Assembly: GCA_043806315.1 (NCBI GenBank)
Contig: JAZDHF010000266.1
Coordinates: 7,560-71,559 of the forward strand
Source: Planctomycetota bacterium
GTDB lineage: Bacteria > Planctomycetota > Phycisphaerae > UBA1845
Direction of reading: 5' to 3'
Length of the DNA stretch: 64,000 nucleotides
In this document: one piece after another, positions 8,144-15,502 of the stretch
Layout: each line of letters starts with the position of its first letter
How positions within the stretch are numbered: the first letter of the stretch is position 1
The notes under the pieces: model-generated
Databases searched by the model: none
Seen by the model: only the letters and a program-made list of their open reading frames with translations
What the model was told of the DNA's origin: nothing
Program-made: the position numbers and the translations under genes

Positions 8144-8192
8144 GAGCCGCGTTACCCCGGTTCCAACCGTGACCAGAGCCGCGTTACCCCGG
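8144..8192. repeat. two perfect 17-bp direct repeats GAGCCGCGTTACCCCGG (8144-8160, 8176-8192)
   Basis: Read directly. Period is 32 bp. They lie between the tRNA and the mom-like promoter. Confidence 0.8.
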
Positions 8193-8238
8193 CACGCGAT
8201 GGGATCCGAGTCGGGGACTGGCGGTTCTGTGCGAGGTA

Positions 8239-8312
8239 TCGGGGCGGCTCGATTCGAACGAGCAGCCTCCTGGTCCCAGGCCAGGCGCGCTACCGGGCTA
8301 CGCTACGCCCCG
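8239..8312 (-). tRNA. trnP: tRNA-Pro (anticodon UGG), 74 nt, no encoded CCA, C at position 33
   Basis: Cloverleaf built by hand. Acceptor stem CGGGGCG/CGCCCCG pairs 7/7. D arm is GCGT-AGCCCGGTA-GCGC. Anticodon arm is CCTGG-CCTGGGA-CCAGG. Variable loop is AGGCT. T arm is GCTCG-TTCGAAT-CGAGC. Discriminator is A. Confidence 0.85.
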
Positions 8313-8322
8313 ACAAGCGAAA

Positions 8323-8430
8323 GCGGTTCCTGGATACACCGGCCTGAGAACCCGTAACCAGGAACCGCCAGCGGATAGCGGAGCGCCGCGTCCGGCATTT
8401 GGACGCCTGGCCGTTTCCATGCGCTCCGCT
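8323..8430 (-). other. stacked inverted repeats (possible terminator or RNA processing structure)
   Basis: 11-bp stem GCGGTTCCTGG/CCAGGAACCGC (8323-8333 with 8358-8368). 10-bp stem AGCGGAGCGC/GCGCTCCGCT (8377-8386 with 8421-8430) encloses a 6-bp hairpin GCGTCC-ggcattt-GGACGC (8388-8406). On the minus strand the first hairpin is followed by TTTCGCTT. Confidence 0.5.
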
Positions 8431-8528
8431 GGTGCATTTCCATCTCCACTCTACGGGCGCCGACCGGGAAAGTCAAGCGTCACTCTCCTGTAATGGCGCA
8501 CTCGGCGAGCAGGGGGACGACTCCCTTT

Positions 8529-8870
8529 TCACCCCGGTATCCGTATAAACGAGACGATTCCCCCTACCGGCGTCGCCACACTGGACCCGATAACCAATCC
8601 AGTCCCGAGCGGCAATTTCTTGATGGCTCCAATAGGGCAGTAGGGAATCGCCACTCCGCCGTTCGCCGCGAAGGGCATGGGTCCACCGTAGACCTCTCCG
8701 AGGGTATCCTCTAAGGTGATTGAGTTCGCCGCAGTGCCTACCAGAATCCCGGAGACGAGCAGAATACACTTGCCCGCCACGCCCGCCACAACCGTCGTCG
8801 GGCCGAGCGCATTGATATTAACCGCCGCACTGTCCGAACCGGCGATTATCAGTGCATCATAGTTCCACAT
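8529..8870 (-). CDS. hypothetical small beta-rich protein (113 aa), last gene of the late operon
   Basis: ORF that overlaps the upstream gene end by 14 nt. Confidence 0.65.
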   Translation of the reverse strand: MWNYDALIIAGSDSAAVNINALGPTTVVAGVAGKCILLVSGILVGTAANSITLEDTLGEVYGGPMPFAANGGVAIPYCPIGAIKKLPLGTGLVIGSSVATPVGGIVSFIRIPG

Positions 8871-9282
8871 CCTGCACCCCCTCGACGATCTCGCCGTCGA
8901 TCTTGAGAGCCTCGTGAGGCGTGTCCCAGACCCGTTGCCAAGCCGGGGTGTAGGCGCGGCACCAACCGTGGTGCTCCCAAGGATGATTATGGTCGTTCCG
9001 TTTCACGATCTCATGGATGTTCGAATCGGGCGGGATATCCGGCGGAGGTTGCGGAGCGGCTGGCGGTCGGGAGGCGACCGGCGGCGGCTCCGACTGTTTC
9101 TCCGGGGCTGAGGGATGGCTTGCGGCGGGTTGCACCAAGCGGATAACCGTGGGTTCCGTCGCCTTTTCCGCAAGGCGTATCAGCAGGGCCGTATGAGTCG
9201 CAGTCGCTTTTCGTTGCGCGAGAAGGATGGCCGCCAGGGCAACCACGGCGACCACCTGAAGTACCAAAATCGCTTCTGTCAT
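8857..9282 (-). CDS. membrane-anchored protein (141 aa)
   Basis: ATG at 9282 (ATGA overlap with 9279..9473, GGGGG/TAGGA SD). It has an N-terminal TM helix (ILVLQVVAVVALAAILLA), a Pro-rich linker and a His/Trp-rich C-domain. Confidence 0.6.
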   Translation of the reverse strand: MTEAILVLQVVAVVALAAILLAQRKATATHTALLIRLAEKATEPTVIRLVQPAASHPSAPEKQSEPPPVASRPPAAPQPPPDIPPDSNIHEIVKRNDHNHPWEHHGWCRAYTPAWQRVWDTPHEALKIDGEIVEGVQDVEL

Positions 9283-9473
9283 AATCCTACCCCCATGAGA
9301 GTGCGGAGACGCGCCAGGACGACGGCGGGGGCACCCGTTAGGATGCCCCGATACGTCCACCCGATCTGCTGTCGCGCCGCCTGGTCGATGACGCCCGCCG
9401 GGAGAACTGAGATTGGGCCGGGAAATCCGACCCATGCTGCGGACTGGCGTTTGGCGCGACTGTCGATTGCCAT
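9279..9473 (-). CDS. hypothetical small protein (64 aa)
   Basis: ORF that starts 3 nt after the fibre-like gene stop and has an ATGA overlap with the next gene. Confidence 0.55.
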   Translation of the reverse strand: MAIDSRAKRQSAAWVGFPGPISVLPAGVIDQAARQQIGWTYRGILTGAPAVVLARLRTLMGVGL

Positions 9474-9475
9474 GG

Positions 9476-10750
9476 TTACGCTCCCGAGATCATCTCGTCT
9501 TCCGTGTACACCGTGCCGTCGTCAGCCAACGCCTTCTTCGCGATCTTCGTGCCTGCGTCGTTGTAGATGGCCTTTTCCGTGGCTGTGACCGTCAACTTAT
9601 TCCGCAGTGCCATGTACGGCAACATCACGGCCTGCTTGATCGTGGGCGTGGCCGTGGGTATGCCCTGCGCCGTCTCCGCGATCACGTCCGTTGCCAGTGC
9701 ATCCACCACTTCGGTGTTGACCTGCGCCGGCGTGGCCCTAGTCGAGACCGTCGCGTCGAGGTTGGCCATGCGGGCGTCGCCCAAGGCGGTCAGGCCCGCT
9801 CCGGCGGCCCCAAGAGTCGTTGCGATCCCATCGACTACGGTGTCCACGGTTGCCACGGGAGCGTTAAGGTTGGCGAGTCTTGCATCTCCGAGAGCGGTAA
9901 GGCCCGCGCCTGCCACCCCCACTGTGGTAATCAGCGCCGCCACGTCGCCGGTCTGGGTCGTGCTGGCGGCGGCTGTGCCCACGCTAGCTAGGACGGTTAC
10001 ACCTGCCGCGCAAGTCACGGCCTGGGTCTTGATGGTATTCACGTCCACCTTTTGAGCATCCGGCACGGTCGCCGCGATGGGAGTCTGAAGGGTGATTACC
10101 GTCGCCGCTCCGCCGTGCGTTCCGTTGGCGAGGGTGACAGCCGGTACGCTCCCCACCGATCCGCTGAGGTTGCCCGTGACATTGCCTGTGATGTTGGCCG
10201 TCAGCGCCGTAGTGATCGAAGTGGCCGCGTTCGCGCCCGCGATGAAGACTCCGCCAGCCGCGCCCGCGACCGCAGCCGGGATTGCGCCGCTGGGGACGGC
10301 GAGCGCCCCGATCAGTTTCGCATTCACGTCGGGAGTGCCTGCGGTCCCCGGAGTAAGCCAAGCCGTGCCGAGGAGTTGCGCCACGTTTATGTCGAGCAGA
10401 TCCGTTCCCACCAACGAGTCGTACACATTGGCGGGTAGCACGAAGTAATCGTCCCAGACGGGAAGAAAGGTTGCGGCCTCCGCCATCATCACGCGAAGCC
10501 TTCCGACTGTGTTCGTGTCCGTGGTGTCGAGAGTAACCAGAAACATCCCATAGGCGTCAAGCACGCTGGCGGTCACGGTCTGATGCCGAATCGCACCCGC
10601 TCCGCCGTTTTTACTCAGGAAGATTCCCGTCGTCGCATGGTCGATGGAGGTTATGATGCCCGCGCCCACCTCAAGAGTGACGCCATCCGTCTTGTCAAGG
10701 AACGGTCCAAATGAAATCACCGCCGCAGTGCTCTGCTTTAGGATCTTCAC
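9476..10750 (-). CDS. tail-fibre-like protein (424 aa, Ala/Thr/Gly-rich)
   Basis: Duplicated AGAGLTALGDAR(L/M)ANL(N/D)A segment and low-complexity shaft-like composition. ATGA overlap with the upstream gene. Confidence 0.7.
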   Translation of the reverse strand: MKILKQSTAAVISFGPFLDKTDGVTLEVGAGIITSIDHATTGIFLSKNGGAGAIRHQTVTASVLDAYGMFLVTLDTTDTNTVGRLRVMMAEAATFLPVWDDYFVLPANVYDSLVGTDLLDINVAQLLGTAWLTPGTAGTPDVNAKLIGALAVPSGAIPAAVAGAAGGVFIAGANAATSITTALTANITGNVTGNLSGSVGSVPAVTLANGTHGGAATVITLQTPIAATVPDAQKVDVNTIKTQAVTCAAGVTVLASVGTAAASTTQTGDVAALITTVGVAGAGLTALGDARLANLNAPVATVDTVVDGIATTLGAAGAGLTALGDARMANLDATVSTRATPAQVNTEVVDALATDVIAETAQGIPTATPTIKQAVMLPYMALRNKLTVTATEKAIYNDAGTKIAKKALADDGTVYTEDEMISGA

Positions 10751-12441
10751 CGCCCACCTCCCATTCGCTTATAAGTCGCCATCGCCACCGGGATCGAGAG
10801 ACCGCCGCCAGCGGCTGTGTAGGTGGCATAAATCGACGTTCTAACCGCCGTTAAAGTCCCATCCCAGGCGGCGATACTGGCGGGCCAAGTAGAGAACGTT
10901 GAGGCTTCGTACCTATTCGTGTAGGTCCCGGCATCGTAATAAATGTTCGTCGTGTTGGGTTGGTTATGGCAAAGGTTGTAACTGGCCGCAGCCAAAGACA
11001 CGACTAAAGCCTTCGTATACCACCGCGGAGTCGCATCCACAAAGGCGATAGTCGTCGTTGAACCTCGCAGAACAGCTGGAGAGTCATTATTGTAAATCCC
11101 CAATTGCGGAGTAGAGTTCACATTGATTTGTGCCGCATAAATAGAAATGGAAGAGACGTTGGCGGCTTCACTCAGGGCGTAAAGTGTGGCATAAACGTAG
11201 TTAGCATAGCGACCGTTGAATGAACCTCCAGCGGTGTCATAACCAAACACGGGATCGATGATAACCGGATACGCTGCGCTATCCAAAAATGCCTGCGGGA
11301 TAGTCACTGTCAAACTCCCCGCATTATAATTCAGCAACCCCCAAACCCATGATCCCACCGCGTCGATGGCTTTCGGACGGAACAAGTGTCCCAACTTCCC
11401 GGTGCGGTAGATCTTACCGGCAGTCGTGTTTAGCGGGCAGTTCTCCCAATAGATCGCATACGACCCGCCGATATGCGAAGGCCGGTCAGACCTTCCTCCT
11501 TCTGCGTCGATCTCCCAGGATGAACCGTCAGACTCAACATTCGCCAGCAAGGGTTGGTAATACCATTCCACGCCGGGCGTTTGCTGGACGGACATAGAAA
11601 TGGCGTTTACCGGCGGTCGTGAGGCCAGGTATATTTCAAACTCGATTCCTCCCTCGGCGCTTTGGATTCCGTAGAAGCGAACGCGGGCCGTCGAACTCTT
11701 CCACTCGATAACTCCATTGGCCTGCAATGCGGTTACCGATAGATTGGCGTCGGTCAGGCGGATAGATATGTTCGCCTCATTGTCCCATCGTTTGATCTTT
11801 ATTTGTGGCAAGTAAGCGGAACGCGTCGCTAGATCACCTATCTCCACTTCGATCTTATCCTTCACATCGGCTTTAGGAACACCGAGAAAGGTATTGTCCA
11901 CGACAGCATAAGTTATCGGAGTCGGTGTGTAATCTCCGGCTTGATATGTTACTTGAATTTCGATGCAGGAGATCCGGATAACCGGATTGGCGTCTGTCGA
12001 GATCACCCCGAAGTGCTGAAGCGGATTCGCGCCAATGCCATTAACATCATCCACGGTCCAAGGCAGCCCCGTGCGAGGGTTTAGCGGCCAATTATCCGAC
12101 CGCGGCGTATACGTCGTCCCGGCCGGATTATGAGTGGCAGAGGCGTAGTAGGTCCCGCCAACCCTCAGCCGACCACCGAGGTTGTTCGTGCCTGCGCTCG
12201 GTTCGGCGTCGTAATATCGCACCTGCACCGAAATGGCAAACGCATTTGCCGGAATCGAGAACGGAGCGAAGCCGAACGTGATGTTCCCGGCCGCCCTGCC
12301 GTGGGCCAGAAACTCCGTCGGTGTTGGATCGGGGTATTTCGCCAGACGCAGATAGCGGCTGCCAACCGCTACAGCGGGCGTGCCGGTCCATGTACCGGCA
12401 ACGGCGTAGTCGCTGATCGAAGGTCGGTTCTGGATGGGCAT
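10747..12441 (-). CDS. virion/tail-associated protein (564 aa), function unknown
   Basis: Long beta-rich ORF, visibly lower GC than its neighbours, lying in the fibre module. Confidence 0.75.
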   Translation of the reverse strand: MPIQNRPSISDYAVAGTWTGTPAVAVGSRYLRLAKYPDPTPTEFLAHGRAAGNITFGFAPFSIPANAFAISVQVRYYDAEPSAGTNNLGGRLRVGGTYYASATHNPAGTTYTPRSDNWPLNPRTGLPWTVDDVNGIGANPLQHFGVISTDANPVIRISCIEIQVTYQAGDYTPTPITYAVVDNTFLGVPKADVKDKIEVEIGDLATRSAYLPQIKIKRWDNEANISIRLTDANLSVTALQANGVIEWKSSTARVRFYGIQSAEGGIEFEIYLASRPPVNAISMSVQQTPGVEWYYQPLLANVESDGSSWEIDAEGGRSDRPSHIGGSYAIYWENCPLNTTAGKIYRTGKLGHLFRPKAIDAVGSWVWGLLNYNAGSLTVTIPQAFLDSAAYPVIIDPVFGYDTAGGSFNGRYANYVYATLYALSEAANVSSISIYAAQINVNSTPQLGIYNNDSPAVLRGSTTTIAFVDATPRWYTKALVVSLAAASYNLCHNQPNTTNIYYDAGTYTNRYEASTFSTWPASIAAWDGTLTAVRTSIYATYTAAGGGLSIPVAMATYKRMGGGR

Positions 12442-12442
12442 G

Positions 12443-12844
12443 TTATTGAGTCGGCGTTGTCTGCACGTCCAACGTCGCCGTGAGCACGCCCTTCTCGCTG
12501 ACTGTAATCTGCGCCGTGGCCGTCGTCGTCCTCAGATTCGTCGGCGGAGTCGGCCCCGCGTCTCCCTGGGCATCGTTGCTCGGGATGGATTCGAGACCTC
12601 CGGCGAACGCGCGGACCTGATAGCAGTAGATTCCGTAGGCGACCCCGCCATCGGTATACGTCTTCGCCGCGACCGCAGAAGCGTTGATCTTCGTCGGAAT
12701 AGGGACGGCCGGTGTCGGGCACGCGCCCGAAGCCCGGTAGACGTTGAAGGTCACTCCCGGAGCGGGGTGGTCCCAGTTCAGGATAACGTCGCGCGTCTGC
12801 CCTAAGGCCAGCGCCGCGAAAACGAAAAGCGTCGAGAGTCTCAT
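12443..12844 (-). CDS. FN3-like protein with signal-peptide-like N-terminus (133 aa)
   Basis: N-terminus MRLSTLFVFAALALG-QT. The pattern VILNWDHP...FNVYR...YCYQVRAF is FN3-like. Confidence 0.65.
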   Translation of the reverse strand: MRLSTLFVFAALALGQTRDVILNWDHPAPGVTFNVYRASGACPTPAVPIPTKINASAVAAKTYTDGGVAYGIYCYQVRAFAGGLESIPSNDAQGDAGPTPPTNLRTTTATAQITVSEKGVLTATLDVQTTPTQ

Positions 12845-12851
12845 GGTGTCC

Positions 12852-13103
12852 TCACTTCCCGGTCTGCCGATGTTCCTTCAATTCCTGATAGATCCGTTCG
12901 AGCATCCGGGCATTCGAATCCAGCCGCTCCAAGACGCCGGCCTGCACCTTTTCGACTATGGCAAGCCGCGTGAATAATTCCGCTTCAGCCGCGTGCCGTT
13001 GCATCGCCCACCCGCCCATCACGGACATCAGGAGAACCGCCAATATCCCCATGGCCCACCGGATGCTGATGAACCGCTCGCCGTTTTCGTTTTTACTCGT
13101 CAT
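12852..13103 (-). CDS. lysis-accessory candidate (83 aa; TM plus coiled coil, i-spanin-like)
   Basis: TM segment WAMGILAVLLMSVMGGWAM followed by a helical charged tail. It lies beside the holin and endolysin. Confidence 0.5.
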   Translation of the reverse strand: MTSKNENGERFISIRWAMGILAVLLMSVMGGWAMQRHAAEAELFTRLAIVEKVQAGVLERLDSNARMLERIYQELKEHRQTGK

Positions 13104-13186
13104 CGTGAACCTCCTGAGCTTGAGATGCCACAGCCTGCGCTACGGCGCGCCCCACAGCCACGGCGGGCAAGGGGCGATGGTTTACC

Positions 13187-13426
13187 CTATTCCCCATCCC
13201 AGGGGCGCTCCTGGGGCTTCAACGTGCCCGGCGGAGGGAAGGTCTTCACGTACAACGCGACCGCCAGCAGGCCGTTGACTACCAGACCGCCGCCGACGAT
13301 CTGCCAGAATGAGATGTCGAAAACGTCATACCCTAGCAGATTCCCGCCGATCACTGATCCGATTGCCGTGCTGAGACTGCCGATAGCCGCAGCCCCCAAA
13401 CCGTGAAGCCATTGTCGCCAGTTCAT
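13187..13426 (-). CDS. holin-like membrane protein (79 aa, about 2 TM)
   Basis: Two hydrophobic segments and a charged C-terminus. It lies immediately downstream of the endolysin (a 1-nt gap). Confidence 0.6.
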   Translation of the reverse strand: MNWRQWLHGLGAAAIGSLSTAIGSVIGGNLLGYDVFDISFWQIVGGGLVVNGLLAVALYVKTFPPPGTLKPQERPWDGE

Positions 13427-13427
13427 T

Positions 13428-14666
13428 TCACACCTCCACCTTCTCTCCCAAAAACATCGCCCGCTCCAACTCTCGCCGCGCTACCAGGGCATCCGAGACC
13501 ACGCCCCGCGAGTGCCGCCAGCGGGAGAATTGATTTGCGGCTTCGACAACCTTACCCTGATCGAGTAGCCGCACCAGGGTCGATGCCCGGAACGCCCCAG
13601 CGCCTATATTGAAGCAATTATGTGAGATCAAGCCATTGGAGAAGAATGTCTTTGTGCTTGTCTGAATGCTAATGACCTCTCCATGGATTGCCGACTTGAT
13701 CTCCAGGATGCCGGCCTTAGGGAGATTGTACATCCCCCTTACGCCGTCCCAATTTCGCATAGCGTTTGCGATGAGTCGCCTAGGGCGAAGAGTTCCGACC
13801 GCCCTAAATACATCAGGTAGGCCACCCTGAATATTATACTGCCCATAGGCGACCCCCTTATTCGGTTTGTGACACCCAACAATGAATCCGCGCTCCCTAA
13901 GAAGTCGAATAGCCAGGTCGGATACGGAGCCATCGTTTTGGCTGAACCCAACCTGTAACGACTTGTCTCCGGCTTGGCCTATAACGGTGGCATATCCTTC
14001 GCCGTCCAGAAACCCAGCAAGGTATCCTCCGTCATAACTGCAATCGGATTCCCACATGGGCAAGTATGGGAGTCTATAGATTCCATGCCGAAGTCCGCCG
14101 CGCCTTCCGTTTTCCGCTGTCATTCTGGCCGATAGTCGGTCTACGCGGGTCCATCGATACTTGGGATGGCCTGATGATTGAACCAGTATTCGATGGTCCG
14201 GAGTAGCGGTGAGTTCCCCATGATCGGTGAGAAGAATAAGTCGCTCCGACCGGAATCGCTTTACGGATTCGACGACGCCGATACGGAGTTTTCGGCTTTT
14301 CCCGCCATTAACATTTTCCTCATCTATGCCCCAGATTTGCAATCCCGGCCTTACGGAGTCAGCGGCGACCCAACAGAAATCGGCGGAGAGAATGCGGGTC
14401 TCCGGTGCCACACAAAGGCTCACAAGAGCATCGTACTGGCACTGTTCGAGAGGAACCCTGACCGTATTCACCGCCCGCTCGAATTCCCGCAGTCTCTCTC
14501 GTAGAAGCGCCTCCGCGTCAATCTCGGTGATCTCCCGGCCCAGCCATGCGGTCGGATTGACCTGGCAGCCGAACCCAATGGCCCAGCCGTCGGCGTCGGG
14601 ATAAAGGTGCGAGCGGAAACCTTCGGCGCGCTTCAGGAAACTGAGACCTTGGGGGCTGAGAATCAT
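13428..14666 (-). CDS. GH24 (T4/P22-type) lysozyme endolysin precursor interrupted by an intein (412 aa; 146 aa after splicing)
   Basis: N-extein is LKRAEGFRSHLYPDADGWAIGFG...QYDALVSL. C-extein is CFNIGAGAFRASTLVRLLDQG.... Joined, they give a normal-size lysozyme. Confidence 0.85.
   Translation of the reverse strand: MILSPQGLSFLKRAEGFRSHLYPDADGWAIGFGCQVNPTAWLGREITEIDAEALLRERLREFERAVNTVRVPLEQCQYDALVSLCVAPETRILSADFCWVAADSVRPGLQIWGIDEENVNGGKSRKLRIGVVESVKRFRSERLILLTDHGELTATPDHRILVQSSGHPKYRWTRVDRLSARMTAENGRRGGLRHGIYRLPYLPMWESDCSYDGGYLAGFLDGEGYATVIGQAGDKSLQVGFSQNDGSVSDLAIRLLRERGFIVGCHKPNKGVAYGQYNIQGGLPDVFRAVGTLRPRRLIANAMRNWDGVRGMYNLPKAGILEIKSAIHGEVISIQTSTKTFFSNGLISHNCFNIGAGAFRASTLVRLLDQGKVVEAANQFSRWRHSRGVVSDALVARRELERAMFLGEKVEV
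13617..14414 (-). mobile_element. class-1 intein with LAGLIDADG homing-endonuclease module (aa 85-350, 266 aa)
   Basis: Starts with Cys1 (TGT at 14414-14412, CVAPETRIL). Carries TPDH (block B) and YLAGFLDGEGY. Ends ...NGLISHN (AAT at 13619-13617) followed by Cys+1 (TGC at 13616-13614). The DNA is AT-richer than the flanks. Confidence 0.8.
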
Positions 14667-14788
14667 ATTATGAACCTACGCTCCAATGTCTTTCGGCTGA
14701 CGACCTTGGCTTTCTCAAGCCGTTTTAGGGCGCGCCGCAACGCTGGCATTCGCGCGCGGAGGCGGGCTTTGATGGCGGCGAGAGTCAC
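14663..14788 (-). CDS. possible 41-aa basic helical peptide upstream of the endolysin
   Basis: GTG at 14788 (GTGA overlap with the upstream stop), and the stop overlaps the endolysin ATG (ATGA at 14663-14666). Product is TLAAIKARLRARMPALRRALKRLEKAKVVSRKTLERRFII. Confidence 0.35.
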   Translation of the reverse strand: MTLAAIKARLRARMPALRRALKRLEKAKVVSRKTLERRFII

Positions 14789-14973
14789 TTCGGCACCATT
14801 GGCGGAATCGGGTCCGCCTCAACGTCAAGTCCGAGCTTCGCCCACAGCGGACGCCAGAACTTGTACCAGCGTCGCCAACCTTCCCGGCGCTCTTCAACTG
14901 GGACATCCGAATACAGTAGGATGAACACGTCGCAGATCCGCGAAATGGCAAGCGCCCAAGCGTCGGTGAGCAT
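14785..14973 (-). CDS. hypothetical protein (62 aa)
   Basis: ORF that starts 2 nt after the upstream stop. Confidence 0.5.
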   Translation of the reverse strand: MLTDAWALAISRICDVFILLYSDVPVEERREGWRRWYKFWRPLWAKLGLDVEADPIPPMVPK

Positions 14974-14974
14974 G

Positions 14975-15463
14975 TCACACCCCCAGTTTCTTGGCGATCC
15001 CTTGAATCAACGCCCGGTCTGCCGGCGTGAAGCCCTCAGTCTCTCGCGCGACGGCCGCTAGGTTTCGTATGTCCGGCAGGTTGCCGTACTTGAAATAGAG
15101 CTCGTACCCCTCTGGGATTTCCGCCAATGGCATCGGACAAGGCGGCACGCCCGCGCCTTCTACATTCGTGGCATCGGGCGGGATGTTTACTGATATCGCT
15201 TCGGCTTTGTCGATCTGCAACAGCTCAAGCATCGGCTTGCCGTCATCGCCGACAACCGGCAGGCCCAGTTCTGTGCGGGCGATCACGCGAGGATAAGACA
15301 CTTTCGCGCTCCGGCTCTTCCAGGCGTCCGGATCGGACCAGTACTTCGGCCTTCTCTTCGGATCGAACGGCGGTGGTTTCAAACCGATGGCCGTTTCGTA
15401 ATCCGCGGGCATAGCGTAAGTCTTAAACAGTGCCAAGTCCGCAATTGAATTCACTTTCGACAT
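14975..15463 (-). CDS. hypothetical protein (162 aa)
   Basis: ORF in the late operon. No motif recognised. Confidence 0.7.
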   Translation of the reverse strand: MSKVNSIADLALFKTYAMPADYETAIGLKPPPFDPKRRPKYWSDPDAWKSRSAKVSYPRVIARTELGLPVVGDDGKPMLELLQIDKAEAISVNIPPDATNVEGAGVPPCPMPLAEIPEGYELYFKYGNLPDIRNLAAVARETEGFTPADRALIQGIAKKLGV

Positions 15464-15502
15464 CCCTTTCTCCTTTTCCTACCACGCGGCTATTGCGCCG
15501 CG

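Noticed and set aside
8141-8227. Possible second (class II-like) tRNA on the minus strand, ending GCGGCTC-A-CCA with an encoded CCA and overlapping the 17-bp direct repeats.
   Set aside because: The acceptor pairing GAACCGC/GCGGCTC has a mismatch. The 17 nt before the 3' acceptor strand do not form a 5-7-5 T arm with a TTC loop. No D arm or anticodon arm could be built. It is more likely just the direct repeats.
9476-10750. Repeated AGAGLTALGDAR...ANL segments in the fibre-like gene as a diversity-generating retroelement VR/TR pair.
   Set aside because: No reverse transcriptase (YxDD) ORF is present anywhere in the window. The two copies differ mainly at synonymous positions rather than at adenines. 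Both copies lie inside one coding region.
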